From assembly GCA_048013815.1 (NCBI GenBank), contig CM106586.1:19592001-19656000 (forward strand): a stretch of DNA of 64,000 bases. Direction: 5' to 3'. Made by a program: the position numbers and the translations under genes. This document shows, one piece after another, positions 46,201-58,365 of the stretch (the stretch's first letter is position 1; each line of letters starts with the position of its first letter). Origin of the DNA: Setoptus koraiensis. Its lineage: Eukaryota; Animalia; Arthropoda. Under the pieces are notes generated by a model. It saw only the letters and a list, made by a program, of their open reading frames with translations, was not told the origin of the DNA and did not search any database.

Positions 46201-49200
46201 AATCAAAATATCAATTAATTAGCGATTGTAATCAATTACCAGTGATTAATTAATTAGGGCTGATTAACGCGAGATGTCGTCGTTGTTGTCTTGACTTACC
46301 TGTGACGCGCACCACGAGATACGCGTGCGCCACCTGGTTGGGCGTCTGGGCGGCAATGTCCTCCACTTGGAGGCGCAACTTGATCTGGTCGCACAGCTCC
46401 CTGTCCAGTTGTTTGGCCACCATAATGGTGCCCTCTACTGGCTCAATTTGGAATGTGTCCTTAATGAGATTGCCGTCGATGAGTATCATGTCCTCGTTTC
46501 GCGCCTCACTTTGGGCCCAATCGATCGAGTAGCGCAAGGTGGCGCTCGAGTCAGGATCTACGGCCACCACTCGAGTCACCACTAGTCCGTACGGCGCGTC
46601 CTCATTAACATACACGCTCATTATGGTCTGGCCGTTTGGGCTCATTTGGTGTTGCTGTTGCTGGCTGGCCCCTATCGCCGGATGATGGTGGCTGAACATG
46701 CGCGCTGTTTGACGGGCCCCGCTCGACGCGCCGCTCAGCCCCATCGGGCCGGCGCCAGCGGCTGCCGCGCCCAGCGACACAAATTCGGGCGACTTGTTGT
46801 TGACGTCGCTCACTGTTATGTTCACCAGGGCCGAGCCGGATTTTTGCTGCGACCCGAAAGAGCCGTCCAGCGCAATCACGTTCAGCAGATACTGGGTACG
46901 TTTGGTTGTTTCGCGGTCAATGTCCAAATTGGCACCGTACGCCACGGATATGACGCCCGAATCGGCGTCAATGACAAACTTGTCGCCGGCGCCCGACGAA
47001 ATGCGATAGTTGATCTTGCTGTTGGTGGGCGAGTGGTCGCCGTCCTGGGCCTGTACGTGCAGCACCTGGGTGCCCTCCTTGATGTCCTCGGGTATCGTCT
47101 TGGCGTAGACGGGCCGCGAGAAGGTGGGTGCGTGGTCGTTCTTGTCGTACACGAGCACGGTCACCTGAACGTGGTCGTGCAGCGCTTCCGGTTTGCCGCT
47201 GTCGCTGGCGCGAATGGTCAGATTGAATTGTTTTGTTTCGTCTCGCTTTTGCGCTATCCGCTCAAAGTCCAGGCCGCCGGGTACCGCGGGCGTACCCGCC
47301 ACTGAGTCGCCGCTACCGCCGCCGCCACCGCCACCGCTTTCGTTGCCACTGTCCCATGAATTGGGGCCGCTAGATGGCGCTGTCTGGTCCAACAGTGGCG
47401 AGCGCACTCTTATGCGGCCCGTCAGCGGATCAATGGTGAAATTGTGATTCGGGTCGCCCGCCACAATCGAGTAAGTGATGCGCGAATTGGCCGTGTTGGC
47501 CAGATCGCCGTCTATCGCTTGCACCTGAAGCGGACTCTGAAAGTCGGGCTCGTTCTCGTATATGCGCGCCTCGTACCTGTCCAACAAAAACTTGGGCGCC
47601 TGATCGTTGATGTCGGCCACCACAATGAGCAACTGGGTAGTGTTGCGGTTGCCCAGCCCGTTGTAGTCGCGCGCCTCCACAATCAGATGGTGCCGGCCAA
47701 TGGTTTCGCGGTCGAAGCCGTGATCGGCCGTGTTCAGGCTGATGAAGCCCGTCACCGGGTCCAGCGTGAACCGGCTCGCCTTTTCGCCCCGGATCTCGGT
47801 GTAGCGGATGCCCGCCGTGCCGTAGATGCCCGAGTCGAGGTCGGTGGCGCGCACCTGGCAAATGTGCATGCCCCTGATGGCGTTCTCGGGCACCTCGACC
47901 CGGTAGAGGGCCGAGTCGAACTGGGGGAAGTTGTCGTTGGCGTCTGCGCGGGGTGCGCGGGTTGCGTAATAGTGAGAGAGAGAGAGAGAGAAATCGGTTA
48001 GTCAGCAATCGGTCGGTGAGCGATGATTAATTAACCGGTAATTAATTAATGGATTAAATCAGTTAGTTAATGACCGGAAACCGACGCTCGTTGATTGGAC
48101 TCAGGCGACTCACCCTTCAGCTGGATGGTTATCTGGGCCTCGCTGGAGCGCGCCACCTGCTCGTGGGCACTGTTGGCCCCGCCTGAGGCCAGCTTCTCCT
48201 TGGCCACCACGGTCAGCTGAAACAATTTTATCCGCTCGTAATCCAGACCGACGGGCACGGGCGCCGAGCCGCTGCCGCTGCCGTTTCCGTTGCTGTGCGA
48301 CGCCCGCACCTTGATCATGAAGTTGGCCTCGTTTGTGGCCTCGCGGGGCCAAATGTCAAAGTATTCGCTGTAGTCGCCCTGCAGGTACAAATAGAAGCTG
48401 CCGTTGGTGCCCTGGTCGCGGTCGGTCACCTGAGCGAGCTGATGGTGCTGTTGCGCTTGTTGCTGCTGTTGCTGGTCCCAGGAGCCCGCGCCAGAGGGCG
48501 CCCCGACAAATGTCACCAGACTTTCGGGGGGCGAATTCTCGAGCAGTTCGCCATAATAGTGGCGCCTGTTGAATGTGGGTATCTCGTCGTTGACGTCCGT
48601 CAGCAGTATGGTCAGTTCCGTTGTGACGCTCAAGGGGGCGCTCGTTTGAGGAGCTGAGGCCTGTTGGCTGGCGTCGGGCACCTCGGTGGCCTGCACTTGC
48701 AGCACGTACGCGCCCGGCTGTTGCGACTGGGCCGCTGCCGCCGGGCCGAGGCCCGCAAGCGGTTGCCCAGCGGACGACACAGCCGTTGTGGCCGGCGGCC
48801 CGTTGAAGGGCTGCTCGCGGTCTAGCACGCCCGCCACACTTATGGCGCCCGTTTGGGCGTTTATCTGGAACAGTTGCTTGATGGACTGGCCGTTGGTGGC
48901 GCTGTCGAGCAGCTTGTACACGATCGGGTTGTTGATGCCCCGGTCGCCGTCAATGGCGGCCACGCGCACCACGCTCGAGCCGACGGGCAAATTCTCGGGT
49001 ATGCGCGTTATCGAGGGCACAAACGTGAACATGGGCGCCTGGTCCTCGCAATCCTCCACGCTGATCAGTATGCTGGCGGTGGCGGTCAGCCGCTCGTTTT
49101 CGATGGCCCGATCGATGGCCAAAATGCGCAGCTGATAGAGGGACTTTTGCTCGTAGTCGAGCTCGCTCAGCAGACTTATCACGCCCTTGCCGTCTTGCGT

Positions 49201-52200
49201 CTCAATGGTGAACATGCTCGAGCTGGAGTACTGGTTGTCCTTGTTGTCGATTTCCTGTTGCGGGCGGCGGGTTCGGGCGGCGGTCCGGGCAGTGTATTCG
49301 AGGGTCGGGATTTCGTTGACCGTTTGGAAATATTCGGCGGTTGGATAAGATTTGGAGATTTATGAAATTTAATCGTTGAAAAACCCTAATTTTAGAGTTA
49401 ATTTTGAGTCTCGGACGGAGCCGGAAAGCCGGACAAAAACCGGGCACTCACCTCGAGCTTGTAGATGACCTGGCCGAAGCGGCCCTCGTCCTGGTCGCTG
49501 GCCTCCAGGGTCTCCACGATGAGCGGCGTGCGCGCGTCCTCGGGTATGGAGATGGCCGTGCGGTACGGACCGAAGACCGGGTAGTTGTCGTTGATGTCCT
49601 CCACCTATCAACAGCGACCGTATGAATCACGCAATCATGGTGATGCAAGCGCATAGATGGCGGCACAGTGATAAAATGGTGATAAAATGGAGATAAAAAA
49701 ACAGTGATGAAATGGTGTTTTTTTTACGGTTTGCATAGGGGCCTTTAGGGAGGATTAGTCGGGAAATCAGTGAGTTTAAATCGGGGATTCTGCAGGTTGG
49801 TTGCATGGGCGCACTAATCACTTTTGGCGCTCTCATTAGCATTGTTTTCTGGCTCGGCGCTCTGGCAATTGTGGCCGTTTTGTTGGACGAGGCAATAAAG
49901 AAAAGTCGGCTCGGCCATCATGTAATTACGTCGGTGTTTCGAGTGGACGCTTCGAGCAAAACGGCGCCTTGGCGGCAACCGAAGCTTCGAGCCTTGGCGG
50001 CAACCGGAGCGTCAGGCCGAACGGCAACAACGGAGCGACGGCAACAAGTTGCCGTCGACGAGCGAGCCGCCGAGCGAGCCCGACGGCCAACTTGCACCGC
50101 ATCACCCTAATTTTGTGCCTAAATTTAGGGCCGAATTTTTTCAACTTATCACTAACCGGCTATTACATCATCGCCGGCCATCGCATCGTGGCCGGCTATC
50201 GCATCATGGCCGGCTATCACCGTTCGTAATCTACGTGCTTGAAAAGTATTGTTGTTGCATGATATTATCGTGTTGTTTATACGGTGTGTGTGTTTATAAT
50301 ATGTAATGTTTATCCAGCGGCAGCATGCCGTTGTTGCCCGTTACGTAACACAATGGAACAATGGAATCAACTTAAAAGTTGGTTTGTTGTAGGCGCCAAA
50401 GGATATGGCACACCAACGGCAGGCCAACGGTGCGCGATCCGCATTGTGTAATGAACAAACCGTCACGACAAACAACAACAAATCTGGGCGCCTTGGCCGT
50501 TTGTCGTCGGCATTGCAAGCCGATCTCGCCTCGTCTCGTCTCTCATTGTTATCAATATGCACCGTGGGCCATTACGCAACAACAACAACAACAACAACAG
50601 CACTCACACAAAAGAAACAACCAACAGGTAGTAGCGGGCTAAGCGGCTTGTTTGTGTGTCCGCTATTGTCGCCGCTGCCGACTTAATCCGCTATTGACCG
50701 CAATTTGTCCGTTCGCATCGGTCCTGGCAGATCCGAACGGACAAATTTGACCGGCCCGAGCGAGAGTCGCTCGTCGGCCGGCCCGCGCCGGGTCATCGCG
50801 CGATGGCCGCCGCCGCCGCCACTGCCGCACAATCAAGCTGGCTCTATCACTCTCAATTGTTGTTTGCGCCGCTCCCAAGATAATCTTCTCTAATGATCGT
50901 TTTGTTGTCGCTGCTGCTGCCGCCGCTATCTCGCCAATCGCCGGCCGCTCTGGCCATTGGCGGCCCGCGACTGTCGCGTCGCTTCCAGGAAACACAAATG
51001 GCTCGCTTGAAATGAATCGCCGGCCGCGATAAAGTGAGCCGCGATAAAATAAAATAAAATAAAATAAAGTGGTGACGATTGTGCGATTACTTACGATAAT
51101 TAGCATAGATTTCGTTATCTGCGCATTGTGTCCGGTTGGTGTCGCCATTGGCACGATGTGGATGGTGGGCAGCCAGAGAAAACCATTAGCGATTAGTTGA
51201 AACTTTCAAGTTGAAAGGGATACATTGAATAGATTGATTGATTGGCGCAGCTCTCCGATTCGCGCAGCCCGCAAACTGGCAAGACACTGGCGCTCTCTCG
51301 CGCAATCATAAATTGAAAAATGATAAAATTCAAAATAATCGCCGGCCCGGCCGTGCCGCGCGGCTAATTGATTGGCGACTCGCCAACTGTTGCTGTCGCT
51401 TGTTCAACTCACCCAGTTGCCCTTGCCCAATTTTCCGTCGGTTAGGGTTATTATCACCTGATAAGAGTCTGTGGTTTCCCTGTCGAGCTCTTTGCGCAAA
51501 TAAACATTTGCCTGATTTGGGGGCACATTCTCAATGCGCAACAAATCCGCCGCCAGTGAGCCTAGCACGCCAAACGTGAGCGTGTCCTCGTCGGGATCCT
51601 CGGCCTTCAATTGATAAATGAGCTTGCCAATGTTTGATTGGCCCTCTTTTACGCGCACCACTATTTCCGAACCGGAACCGGAAATGGCGGAATTAGCCGA
51701 GCCGGCGGCGCCGTTTATGAGTGAGGGTGCGTGATTTGCCTGATTGGGTGCACCGGCACCACCGGCCAGCGACAATGACGATGCCGTTGGTGCCGATGGC
51801 GCAACAAATCTTGGCGGAAAATTGTTGGCAATCATATTGTTGGTCAATTGATAGGCATCGGCGAACAATATGAAATTGTAATTGTTTGCTCGTGCTGTTG
51901 TTGTTGTTGTTGCTGCTGCTGTTTGGCCTCGCTCGAATGATAGTAGTAACCTGTTGCCCCATGGCAATAATAGTAAGTCAATTAGTAGAATTGACACAAA
52001 TAGTACAGTGGACAATGAACAGTGTTTGCGGTCGAGCCGCGACGACTTGCGCAACACAGAACACACCAGTGACCAGTTTAGTTTGGCATCAAGGTGAGCA
52101 TATGTGGTGTCGTTGGCTCGTGCGGTGGCGCTGCCGTCGTCTGGCCCCTCTTGCGAGCCGTCCAGTCGCTGCTGCTGCTGTTGGCAATTGTTTGTGGTGA

Positions 52201-52759
52201 TTAAATTAATTAATGTTTGGTTAGTTTTGGTAGTTAGTTGGTTGTTGTGATCAATTAACTTGAACTCAATTTGGCCGCCTCTGTTTGCAAAATCGTCGCT
52301 CGTCTCCTCGTTCGTCCTGTCCCGTCGCCCGCCGTCCATCTTGCTATCGGCACAGTGGGCACAGTGGGCGCAGTGGGCGCAGTGGGCGCAACCGGCCGCC
52401 CCGACGATCCTGTGGCACTCGGTCGGGCCGGCCAGCGCGGGCCTCATGTGATTCGTTTGCTCGAATGTTTGCGCCCCGCTGCACACTTCCGCTGGGCGCT
52501 TGTGATGCGCCGCTCTGTGATGAGATCCTGTGGTTTGCTGGTGGCGCTGCTGTTCGCATTCACCTGTCGGATTATTGTTCAAACAGGTTGCAATGTTGTG
52601 ATGTTGTCGGTGCGCAATTAATAACACACTGCTGTCGATTTGTTTCCCGTAGCGATGGCCGGCGCCGACGGCAGTGCAACGCACGCCCACATCAGTGCGC
52701 CCGGCGCCGCGGATATCGGGCCCGTGCGGTTGGTCCAGCTGTCTGAGGGCGCCTCGCAT
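40300..52759 (-). CDS. Large non-classical cadherin, CDH23-like (arthropod Cad74A/Cad87A/Cad88C group), ~14 EC repeats, TM domain, C-terminal PDZ motif; ~3060-3200 aa
   Basis: complement(join(40300..41086,41224..41679,41783..41869,42083..42171,42289..46160,46300..47943,48114..49254,49452..49604,51095..51118,51413..52759)); phases consistent. Repeated DxNDN/PxF, LDRE/LDYE and AxDxD motifs; TM GLVGISTFLTLILILVIALCL; cytoplasmic LKAATVAAFG..PNTNLHS..NPIW; ends ETTEL. Start uncertain (ATG 52759 or MDGG at ~52339). Exact ortholog not resolved, so no symbol given. Confidence 0.88.
41888..41960. repeat. Intronic 10-bp minisatellite GGCGATTTCG, ~7 copies
   Basis: Direct tandem copies in cadherin intron 41870-42082. 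Confidence 0.85.
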
Positions 52760-53973
52760 CGCTATCTATTTCCTGTTTGATTGTGGACACACAAACGCGG
52801 ACAGACGCGCAATAACGACGCGCATGGATAATAAAATATAAAAATAGATTGTTGTTAGTCGTGTATCGTATGATATTATTATTATTATTTTGATTACTGT
52901 GCAATACTTCATGTGTGTAATGTGTGCATTACGTAATGCGTTATATGTACTATGCGATTTGTGCAATTTGTATTATGCAATGTGTAATGTGTATTATGCA
53001 ATGTGTATTATGTAAATTGGGTGTATTATGCAAGTGAGTGAAAGTGGCCGAAAGTTTGCGGTCGGGCCACCGGTCGGCCGAGCGGCGTCAGTGAGTTGTC
53101 ATGACTGGACATGGCGCTGTCGACAAAACGTGATTGAAGCTAGAGAAGCGGGAGAAGCGCTGACCGGCGATGGCCAGGCGGGGGCGAGCTCGAGGGGCAG
53201 AGATCGATGCCTTAATTAGACAGAACGGACACATTCGGTGGATCGGCTCGTTTGTGCATTGGTCCTTCGGTCACTTTGTTTGTCCGTCTGACTCTCAATT
53301 TGTTGTTGTTGTTGTTGTTGCAGTGGTTGTGTCAATTCGGTCTGCCCGACACACCGAATGTTTTGCAATGTTATGCAATGTTATGCAATCGCCGGCTAAT
53401 CTAATTATTATTAATGTCGGCCGGCCGATCAGCTGCGCTCGAGCCGTTGGCTTTTGAGCGTAGAAAGTCGCCACCATTAGCACACAAAATGGCACGACCC
53501 GATGGAAAGTGCAAAAGTGGCAGAGCCAGATCGTGATTTTATCTACTGTAACCGCGCTTGTTTGCCTTGCAGTTGCGCTGCAATTGCGACTCGCTGATAC
53601 CGCTTTTGCATGTCTTGCGCAACGTCTTCGCGGCCAGATAATCAAACAGTTGCGAGAATCCGACGGTGGCGAGAATCCGACGGTTGCGCGAATCGAGCTG
53701 TTGCCAGAACCGAGCTGTTGCGCGAATTAGTCGCCGATTCAGTCGCCGATTCAGTCGCCGATTCAGTCGCCGAATTCGTTAGCCGACGGTGGGATGTTTG
53801 CCCACCGACCAAGGCACACACACACACGCAATTAGCATTGGCCACTGGATAAAAAATCCGGATAAGAGCGCCGGTTCGTTGGCGGTGTGTCGCCGGTCTG
53901 TTGCCGGTTTGTTGGCGGCGGACCGAGCGGCGGCGCACGGGCGAGCGGCTATGCAAATCGCCCTTTTGCATTG

Positions 53974-54057
53974 GCATTTGTTGCGTCTGTTGCATTTGTT
54001 GCGTTTGTTGCATTTGTTGCATTTGTTGCATTTGTTGTATTTGCTGTGTTTGTTGCG
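53974..54057. repeat. 9-bp minisatellite TTGCATTTG
   Basis: About 9 degenerate tandem copies. Confidence 0.85.
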
Positions 54058-54221
54058 CGCATATCAATGTCGCTAATGGCGCGCCGTTGCTCGCTTGCCA
54101 TCATCGATTAGTGCGCCTCTGCCGTCGAGCCGCCGCCGTCGACTCTCATCATGAGAGTCTCATGATGAGACTAATGCAAATCGGCCCATGACAGCGCCAA
54201 TTCGCACATGCCGTTTCGGCA

Positions 54222-54732
54222 GCATTTTCGAAGCATTTTCGAAGCATTTTCGAAGCATTTTCGCGCCGTTCTCAAGCCGTTCTCGGGGCACTCTCTCGTT
54301 GCAAGATCTGGGCCAGCGGCCAAGACGCCGCCGGTGGCCGCAGCGAGATCTCGCCAAACGAGAATTTCGTCCACTAGCCAGCTGTTGCTGTGACGCTGTG
54401 GCCAGCGACACTGTCGGAGTAGCTCGAAATCGATTGAGGCGGCCAACGGGCCAACGGGCCGAACGGTGCCGGCGAAAGTGGCGCCACTAACGATGAGCGA
54501 GCCGGTCAATTAGTGTTGGCTGTGCCAGAAAACAAAGCGACAAACGAGCAGCAAAACAAACAGCCAACGCAATGCGAGACAAACACTTGTCGTTGTTTAT
54601 CGCCTTGTTTGCTCCACCTTTTCGTGTTACCTGTCGCAAGTGGCAGCGCAACCTGTGACGCAACCAGTGACGCAACTCGAGACGCCACTCGAGACGCGAC
54701 TTGTGACGCAACTCGCGACTTGTGACGCAACT
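54222..54732. repeat. Two 11-bp minisatellites (GCATTTTCGAA at 54222-54262; GTGACGCAACT-like at 54655-54732)
   Basis: Read directly from the sequence. Confidence 0.75.
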
Positions 54733-55199
54733 TGTAACGGTCGCTGTCGGACAGCGTTGGCCGATGTTATCGGCGCGGAGTGGCTGTCGATTATTTTAGT
54801 GCCGAGCATCGGTAATTAACCTGCTGCCGGCGTTGCGAATGGCTCTGAATCGCTCTTGTTTGCCCACGAGCACGCATGCCGACTCTCGCCGACTTTCGAC
54901 GACTTTCGCCGAGTCTCGCGAACTGCGGCCGGACTCTCGCGGAATCTGCCCGGATCGGGTCGCTCCGAAGGCCGGCCGATCGGAACAGATTGTAGAGCGG
55001 GCAAATTTTGTTCACTCCACAGCGCTCTCGCCAGCCGCGAACGGATCGACGGGCCAACGGGCAGCGGACGGACGGACTGGCCGCTCGGGACAACAAACAA
55101 TCGCTCTCGTTGCCGCTACCTGTCGCAGCTGTCGACACTCATCAGCGTCGTTGTGCGATAATTAGCATGCCGCGCCATGTTTATCCAGTGGCTCACTGG

Positions 55200-55237
<38 letters not shown>

Positions 55238-57417
55238 CACCTGTGCAAACGGACGACAACGGCAGCGAACAACAACAGCAACAACAACAGCAACAGCAAA
55301 CGACAACAGCGACAGCAAACAACGAGCGACGGCGGACAGCAACAAAACGCGCCGAGCCGCTTGAAACAATCGCAAAATGGTGTGCTCGCTCGGTGCGAGC
55401 CAGGCCCATCACTCAATCGCTATCTGGCGGAACCATCAACAGGTGAGCTGGCCGATGATTGGTCGGCGCACTTGCGTCAGTCGGCGCTCAATCAGCTGAC
55501 CAACTCTCGCCCGTCGACCCGGCCAATCGGCGGCCGTCGGGCCGCCTGACCGTCGAGTGTGCGGCGGCCGCGCGAGGCTGCTGTCAGCACCAGATCATCA
55601 AGTGCAGATAACCGATGGTCGTCGTGCAATTGTGTGGTCAGTCATTCGGTTGGCTGGCGAGCCGTCGTGCTAGCCGTCGGTCGCCGGTCAGCGCAAAACC
55701 GTTATTGCGTCAGCATCGACCACCCTGCTAATGCAAAGCTAATGATAACAGTAATAACGGCAAACAATGATTCATTGATGGCCACGCTGATTATCGGGCT
55801 AATCTAATAGAGTTGACTGTCGGCCACTTCCGGCGCCGGCCAGATTGTTTGCGCAAGATAGCAATTAGCCCATGTGTGTGTGTGCGCTGTGACGGCGCAC
55901 GCCGGACAACAAAATATTTAAACACGATGATTAATTGAATTTCGGCCGGCCGGCCCGACTCAATCAATCCGATCGTTCCTGTCGGGCTTATCGCAGGCCA
56001 TCGCCGGCCGGCGCCGCCCGGTGCCCGGTGCCCGTTGCGACGCGATAACCGCAAATCGCTCGTCTGTTTGTTTGTTTATCCGTTGGTGCGATTTTTGAGT
56101 TTTCATTTTCGTTGGCCCGGCGCCGCTGCGGCTGCCACCGCGATGCCGCCGTCCGCTGTCCGCTGTCCGCTGTCAGTGTTATTAATGAATGAATGAACTG
56201 CCAGCGCAAGCGCACAGCGAGCCGCGGATATTTTGCCAATGCGAAAGCCAATTCGAATTCGGAAAATTTGAAGAATTCCGCAAATTTGCGGCCCGGCACA
56301 CAAAGATTGATGATAATCGTGCCGCCGAAACCAGTCGGGCTCTTCACTTTCGAAGCCGGCCCGCAACTGCGCACAGCCGATGCGCGCTCGTATCGCGCAG
56401 TTGCGTTCGACGGCGAGCCGCTCGGCTCGGGCGCTAATCCGGCCGGCGCCGGAGATGGACGAGCCGGCGATTTGGCGAGCCACCGACAGCGAGACTGCGT
56501 GCGCTCTATGGGACACAGACTCTGCTTCACAGAGATACTCGGAGATAAGCGCATTGTTGTTAATTAAAGGCACAGTTGATTGGATTCTTTCGTCCCGCAA
56601 CAAATGCAGCGGCCCGCCGGCCGCTGTGAGCGGCCACGGGTTGCGGCGCACAGAACGGGCCGGCCCGCCCGAGCGATCGCCGATGTGCCGTTCTGACCGA
56701 TCGGTGGCAGCGAGCGAGCAAACAATTGCGTAATATACATACGATATTATATCACCGAGTGATACAATGGACGCGCTACAAAACAGCCAGCGAGTCGTGC
56801 GTTGTGTGAATCGCGAAACACGCCGCCTTGGCGAGCCCCGATTGGCGCCAGGTCGTGACGCAATGATTATTCACGCGGTACGCAGACAATGCAAACACAG
56901 CAGATTATCATCATCTCACCTGAGATGATCGGGCCGAGATTGCACTTGTGGCCGAGCTGACATGCTCGAGTTGGGATTTGCAATTTTGGCAATTTTGGCA
57001 ATTTCGGCAATTTCGCATTTGCGATTGCAGTTGGCGGCTCAGTTTGCTCGTCGCAATTCGGCTGCCATCGTTGCCGGGCCGGGCGGCCCGTCGACAGGCC
57101 AACCGGGCGGCTGATTGATAATTGGATTAGAGGGTGAGTGAGCGATTGTTGCTCATTAGTGCCGCTCGCACAAACTGGATTTTGTTTGTTTTCGCGCGAT
57201 TCGAAGCGCATATTCTGTTCAACAGAATGTGTTGTGTCCACTTTCGCTGCCCAGTGCTTTCGTTTGTGACTGCGGCGAGCCCGGTGCTCGGTTTGAGCTC
57301 GGGTAGGCGCCTCGTGGCTGGCGAGTAGCGACTCGCCGGCGTCAGTGGGCCGAGCTGTGCCGTCGGCCGGCTAGCATTTGCTCGCGCACTGACGCGCACT
57401 AATCGCAGCCGGCCCGT

Positions 57418-57479
57418 CGCGTACCCGAGGCAGCGCAGAGTCGCGTACCCGAGGCAGCGCAGAGTCGCGTACCCGAGGC
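57418..57479. repeat. 22-bp tandem repeat CGTACCCGAGGCAGCGCAGAGT, ~3 copies
   Basis: Read directly from the sequence. Confidence 0.85.
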
Positions 57480-58229
57480 TATATTTGAGCGCCACTGGCG
57501 GACCAAAGACTCTGCTCAGCAGAGTGCGCTGGGCATTGCGAGCGGCAGAGAGACTTTCAATTTTGGCAACAACAATTTCGGTGTTGTTTGCACGATGACG
57601 TAACAACTGACAAGTTGTGATGGCGTAATGATGCGCCGATGGTGCGAACAGGTGGCGTCATTTGCATGCAACTCAACGAGACGACACAACCTGCTCCATT
57701 AGGCTAATGATCGTGGCGGTGGCATTGGCATAATCAGCATAATTAGCATCATTATGATTATTATCATTATTAGCAGCTAATCACTCGTCCTGACTAATGG
57801 CCGCAACTAATCAGAGGATGGCCGTTTAACACCAGCGGCCAGTGACAAGCGTCGCCGCTGAACTTTGTGGCCGGCGCTACCTGTGGCAGCCACATCAACA
57901 TTACGCAACAGCACAACATGGCAACATTACGTAACGACATCACATCACAGCAACATTAGGTAACGACACAACATCACATTACGTCACAGCACAACATGAA
58001 AACATTGCAGCGTCAGAGCATCGAGACATTGCAGCATGACAACATTACATAATCGGGGCTAGTTGTGAGCGACTCTGGCCAACTTTTTGGCAGCCGTCGG
58101 CCGCGACAAGCCGATCACGCTTGCGCAATCGGGCTTGACCATAACTGTCGAGTCAAGTTCATGCACCCGATGCAAAATGTCCTTGGCGTGCTCCGCCGAC
58201 CATTGGCGCCGCCGATTTGCACGCTCAGA

Positions 58230-58365
58230 TTGCCCGATTTCGCCCTATTTCTCGCTATTTCGCCCAATATTGCACAATTTCGCCCAATATTGCCCAATTT
58301 CGCCCAATATTGCTCGATTTTCGTCCAATTTTAGGTCGATTTTCGTCCAATTTTAGGCCGATTTC
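58230..58365. repeat. 10-bp degenerate minisatellite ATTTCGCCCA / TTTTCGTCCA
   Basis: About 13 degenerate copies. Confidence 0.8.

Noticed and set aside
52350-52392. CAHCAHCAHCAHC as a metal-binding motif in the cadherin leader
   Set aside because: Translation of a 9-bp minisatellite (CAGTGGGCG) typical of the local non-coding DNA; may lie in the 5' UTR.
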